Below are positions 17,015 to 20,060 of a stretch of DNA of 20,060 nucleotides, in pieces. Position numbers and translations under genes: made by a program. Position 1 is the first letter of the stretch, and each line of letters starts with the position of its first letter. This stretch comes from Archangium sp. Lineage in GTDB: Bacteria > Myxococcota > Myxococcia > Myxococcales > Myxococcaceae. The notes under the pieces are model-generated. The model had not been told where the DNA came from. It worked only from the letters and a program-made list of their open reading frames with translations, and did no database searches. The stretch is taken from assembly GCA_031367385.1 (NCBI GenBank), contig JANLPS010000538.1, forward strand, positions 1 through 20,060, written 5' to 3'.

Positions 17015-17775
17015 CCGCCCTTGTCGACCAGCTCGGCGATGGTCTGCAGCATGGTCGCGCCGCGGCTCCAGGGGGCGTACTCCCAGATGGTTTGACCGTG
17101 GCTCTGTGCTTCGTCGATGGCGACGTTGAAGCTGAGCGGCTGCGTCACCCGTTTGGGGAAATAGCCTCGCAGCTTCTCGATGATCTCGTCTGAGAGCGCA
17201 GTCTTTCGATACATCGTGGGTATGACGACGGTCACCCTCAGCCTGGGGTTCAACGTGTCGACCACCGTCTTCACCGTGTCGACGATTTCAGCGCAGCCAT
17301 CGAGCGAGAGGTAGGTCGTCGCGACGGGTACCACCACCTCTTCAGCAGCGGCCAAGATGTTGGTGCTCACCAGCCCCAGCGAGGGCGGAGAATCGAAGAT
17401 GACGATGTCGTACCGATCGTCGGCGGCGTCGGCCAACCGGCGTTTGAGCCGCAGCGCCCGCTCGGCGTCAGGGGCCGCAAGGGTCTGAAATTCGGCCATT
17501 TCTTTCCACGCGGGCACGACCCAGAGGTTCTTGAGCGCGGTCGCCCGGGTCACCTGGTCGAGGGTCACGGCGGGGTCGGTGAGCAGGTGAAACACGTTGG
17601 GCGCGCTGGCTCGGGCATCGACGCCCAGCGACTTGCCGGCGTGACCCTGGGTGTCGAGGTCGACCAGCAACACCCGCCGGTTCTTCTTGGTCGCAAAATA
17701 CGACGCGATGTTCACCGCCAAGGTGGTCTTGCCGGTGCCGCCTTTTTCATTGATGAACGCGATGAAGCGCGTCAC
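17011..17775 (-). CDS. ParA/Soj-family ATPase (orphan; no parB in window)
   Basis: NEKGGTGKTT deviant Walker A, DLDTQGH, IFDSPPSLG, EAQSHG; GTG start overlaps upstream stop (GTGA). Confidence 0.92.
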   Translation of the reverse strand: MTRFIAFINEKGGTGKTTLAVNIASYFATKKNRRVLLVDLDTQGHAGKSLGVDARASAPNVFHLLTDPAVTLDQVTRATALKNLWVVPAWKEMAEFQTLAAPDAERALRLKRRLADAADDRYDIVIFDSPPSLGLVSTNILAAAEEVVVPVATTYLSLDGCAEIVDTVKTVVDTLNPRLRVTVVIPTMYRKTALSDEIIEKLRGYFPKRVTQPLSFNVAIDEAQSHGQTIWEYAPWSRGATMLQTIAELVDKGG

Positions 17776-18071
17776 TTCTTCTTCGCCTGCATGAGCTCGT
17801 CAATTTTGCCCTCCACCTGGCCGAGCACCTTCTCGAGCTCTTCGATTTTTTCGCGCACGGTCTCGAGATCGCCGGTCGACGGCAGGTTCATCGCCGAGAG
17901 CGCGGTGCGAATCGACTTGTCGACCGAGCCCTTCGCTGACAGTGCACGCCCCACGATGGTTTGCACGCCAGTGACGAATTTCTCGTTCGACATCAGCTGT
18001 TGCACCAGCTGGCCGATGCGTTGTTCACCGGTCGCGACGAGCTTCTTCATCATCGGGTTGTCTTTGAGCAT
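17772..18071 (-). CDS. Small coiled-coil protein, phasin/PhaE-C-terminus-like
   Basis: Amphipathic helices followed by ALSAMNLPSTGDLETVREKIEELEKVL heptads; translationally coupled to the ParA gene. Confidence 0.7.
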   Translation of the reverse strand: MLKDNPMMKKLVATGEQRIGQLVQQLMSNEKFVTGVQTIVGRALSAKGSVDKSIRTALSAMNLPSTGDLETVREKIEELEKVLGQVEGKIDELMQAKKK

Positions 18072-18079
18072 GGGCGCGG

Positions 18080-18108
18080 ATGGTGATCTTGCAAACGTGC
18101 CATGTCAA
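18080..18108 (-). promoter_or_regulatory. Sigma70-type promoter for the coiled-coil/ParA operon
   Basis: Minus strand TTGACA (18108-18103), 17-bp spacer, CACCAT (18085-18080), ending 8 nt before ATG 18071. Confidence 0.5.
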
Positions 18109-18128
18109 TGTGCAGGTTGCGGTGATTC

Positions 18129-19025
18129 GTGATTCAAGAACTCGCTGACCAGCGGCTCGTCATCGTGACCGGCAAGGGAGGCGTCGGGAAGACGACCATT
18201 GCCACGGCGCTTGCGCTGCAGAGCGCCCGCGACGGCAAGCGCACGCTGATCTGCGAGGTCAACACCAAAGAGCGGGTCACCCAGCTGCTGGGCAAGCCAG
18301 AGGTGGGGCCCGAAGTCACCTCGGTCGATGAGAACCTCTGGGCCGTCGATCTTCGACCCGAGAACGCGCTCAAAGAATACGCGCTGATGATCTTGAAGTT
18401 CGAGAGCATCTACAGCGCGGTCTTCGAGAACCGGTTGGTGCGCTACTTCTTGCGCTTCATCCCCTCCCTGCAAGAGCTCGTGCTGCTGGGCAAGATTCTG
18501 TTTCACCTCAAAGAGAAGAAGAAAGACGGCAGCTGGCGGTTCGACCGCATCGTGGTTGACGCTCCGGCGACGGGGCACGCGATTACGTTTCTTTCGGTGC
18601 CCCAGGTGCTGCTCGACACGGTGCCGCCCGGGCCGCTCGCCAACGAAGCGACGTGGATGCGCGACTTGCTGACCGACCCGAAGACCACCGCGGTGGTGCT
18701 GGTGTCGCTGCCTGAAGAGCTGCCGGTGAACGAGACCCTCGAGCTGCATGAGGCGCTGACGACGCGCGTGCACCTCAAACCCGCGGTGGTGGTGATCAAC
18801 GGTTTCGTGTTGCCCCGCTTCGACGCCGAATCGGCCAAAGACGTGCCTGCCGACCTCGCCAAGATCGCCCACGAGCACCTCGCGCGCGCGGCCTTGTCGC
18901 TCTCGTCGCGGCAGAAGCTCGAGACCTTGAAGTTACCGGTGTTGGTGGTGCCACGCCTCTTCTTGCCTGAGTTCGGGCGAGCGGCGATCGAAGCGGTTGC
19001 AGCCCACCTCGAGGCACGCACGTGA
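18129..19025 (+). CDS. ArsA/Get3-family ATPase, subunit A (Rv3679/BagA-like)
   Basis: VTGKGGVGKTT, LICEV in place of the STDPA switch I, VDAPATGH, LPEELPVNET. Confidence 0.88.
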   Translation: MIQELADQRLVIVTGKGGVGKTTIATALALQSARDGKRTLICEVNTKERVTQLLGKPEVGPEVTSVDENLWAVDLRPENALKEYALMILKFESIYSAVFENRLVRYFLRFIPSLQELVLLGKILFHLKEKKKDGSWRFDRIVVDAPATGHAITFLSVPQVLLDTVPPGPLANEATWMRDLLTDPKTTAVVLVSLPEELPVNETLELHEALTTRVHLKPAVVVINGFVLPRFDAESAKDVPADLAKIAHEHLARAALSLSSRQKLETLKLPVLVVPRLFLPEFGRAAIEAVAAHLEART

Positions 19026-20060
19026 GCCCGCTCTCTGAAGCCGCCGCCAAGAGCTCGGTGTTGATCACCGTCGGCTCGGGCGGCGTTGGCAAGACGACCA
19101 TCGCGGCGACCCTGGCGATGCGCAGCGCACTCGAGAACAAGGGCTCGCTGGTGCTCACCATCGACCCTGCGAAGCGGCTGGCGAATGCGCTGGGGTTGCA
19201 GGCGCTGGGCAACACCGAGGCCCGCATACCCGACGAGGCCTTCATCGCGGCGGGGCTCACCCCCAAAGCGCCGATGCACGCGATGATGCTCGACATGAAG
19301 CGCACGTGGGACGACTTGATCGAGCGGCGTGCTCCGGCCGACAAGCGTGAGCGCATCTTGAACAACAAGTTCTACCAGGCGCTCTCGGGCGCGCTGGCCG
19401 GCTCGCAAGAATACATCGCGATGGAGAAGCTGTGGGAGCTGCGCACGCAGCGCGACTACCCGCTGATCGTGCTCGACACGCCGCCGACCGCGCACGCGCT
19501 CGATTTTCTCGACGCGCCCAACCGCATTCTCGACTTTCTCGACAACGACGCCGCGAAGTGGCTCCTCAGCCCAGCGCTCGCGGCGGGCAAGATCGGTCTC
19601 AAGCTGTTCAACCTGGGCGGCAGCTACGTCACCAAGACGATGTCGCGCTTCACCGGCACCGAGACGCTGCAACAGCTCGCCGAGTTCATGATGAGCATCT
19701 CGGGCATGAACGAGGGGTTTCGCGAGCGGGCCCACCAGACCCGCGCGCTGCTCGAGGCCGATACGACCGGGTTCGTGCTGGTGACGGCGCCGATGCCCGA
19801 GCGCATCGACGAGGCGGTCTATTTTCACACCCTGCTCAAGCAGAACAAGATGCGGGTCGCGGCGGTGGTGGTGAACCGGGTACAGACACCGGTGCCAGAC
19901 CTGCTCTGGCGCGAGGCGGCCCGGCTGCCTGAGGCCCAGCGAAGGCGGTACGAACAAACCCTCAAAGAAAACGAGTTCTTGGCGACGCACGATGCCCGTG
20001 GAGTCGCGCGGTTAGGTGAGCTCTGCGCCCCCACGCCGCTGGTGCTGGTGCCTCGCTTCG
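19022..20060 (+). CDS. ArsA/Get3-family ATPase, subunit B (Rv3680/BagB-like); 3' end outside window
   Basis: Absent from the ORF track because no stop is reached. GTG at 19022 overlaps the upstream TGA; translates VGSGGVGKTT, LTIDPAKRLANALG, GSQEYIAMEKL, VLDTPPTAHALDFLDAP. Confidence 0.88.
   Translation, partial: MSPLSEAAAKSSVLITVGSGGVGKTTIAATLAMRSALENKGSLVLTIDPAKRLANALGLQALGNTEARIPDEAFIAAGLTPKAPMHAMMLDMKRTWDDLIERRAPADKRERILNNKFYQALSGALAGSQEYIAMEKLWELRTQRDYPLIVLDTPPTAHALDFLDAPNRILDFLDNDAAKWLLSPALAAGKIGLKLFNLGGSYVTKTMSRFTGTETLQQLAEFMMSISGMNEGFRERAHQTRALLEADTTGFVLVTAPMPERIDEAVYFHTLLKQNKMRVAAVVVNRVQTPVPDLLWREAARLPEAQRRRYEQTLKENEFLATHDARGVARLGELCAPTPLVLVPRF

Noticed and set aside
18089..18102. 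Minus-strand TGGCACG-T-TTGC resembling a sigma54 promoter
   Set aside because: GG-to-GC spacing is three bases too short for -24/-12; it lies in the spacer of a better sigma70-type promoter
18503..19990. 495-aa antisense ORF
   Set aside because: Shadow of the two ArsA-like genes; the real second gene is on + from 19022
18129..20060. Arsenic-resistance operon
   Set aside because: No arsR/B/C/D in window; motifs fit the Rv3679/Rv3680-type pair

Overview
High-GC, gene-dense window of myxobacterial (Myxococcota-like) character, judged from a MYXO-CTERM-type tail, a TIGR02266/PilZ-like-Hsp70 fusion, a long deltaproteobacterial S41 protease and an MJ0042 zinc-ribbon/DUF3426 protein. Gene order: Gly-rich surface protein (5' truncated), lipoprotein, TIGR02266-Hsp70, calpain-family (C2) cysteine protease, small TIMP/OB-fold-like protein, glutamate-cysteine ligase (-), EI24/CysZ-like protein, long S41/PDZ protease, beta-barrel OMP, GDPD (-), divergent TatA, methyltransferase 5' remnant, helical-repeat protein (-), zinc-ribbon/DUF3426 protein (-), PhaR-like regulator, orphan ParA (-), phasin-like coiled-coil protein (-), and an asymmetric ArsA/Get3-like ATPase pair (second gene runs off the window). 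No rRNA, tRNA, CRISPR or mobile element was recognised. The two best candidates for undescribed systems are (i) a PhaR-like/ParA/phasin-like/BagAB-like cluster that may build and position storage granules or lipid bodies, and (ii) a signal-peptide-less calpain plus TIMP-like partner cassette. All family assignments come from motif recognition by eye; no searches were run.
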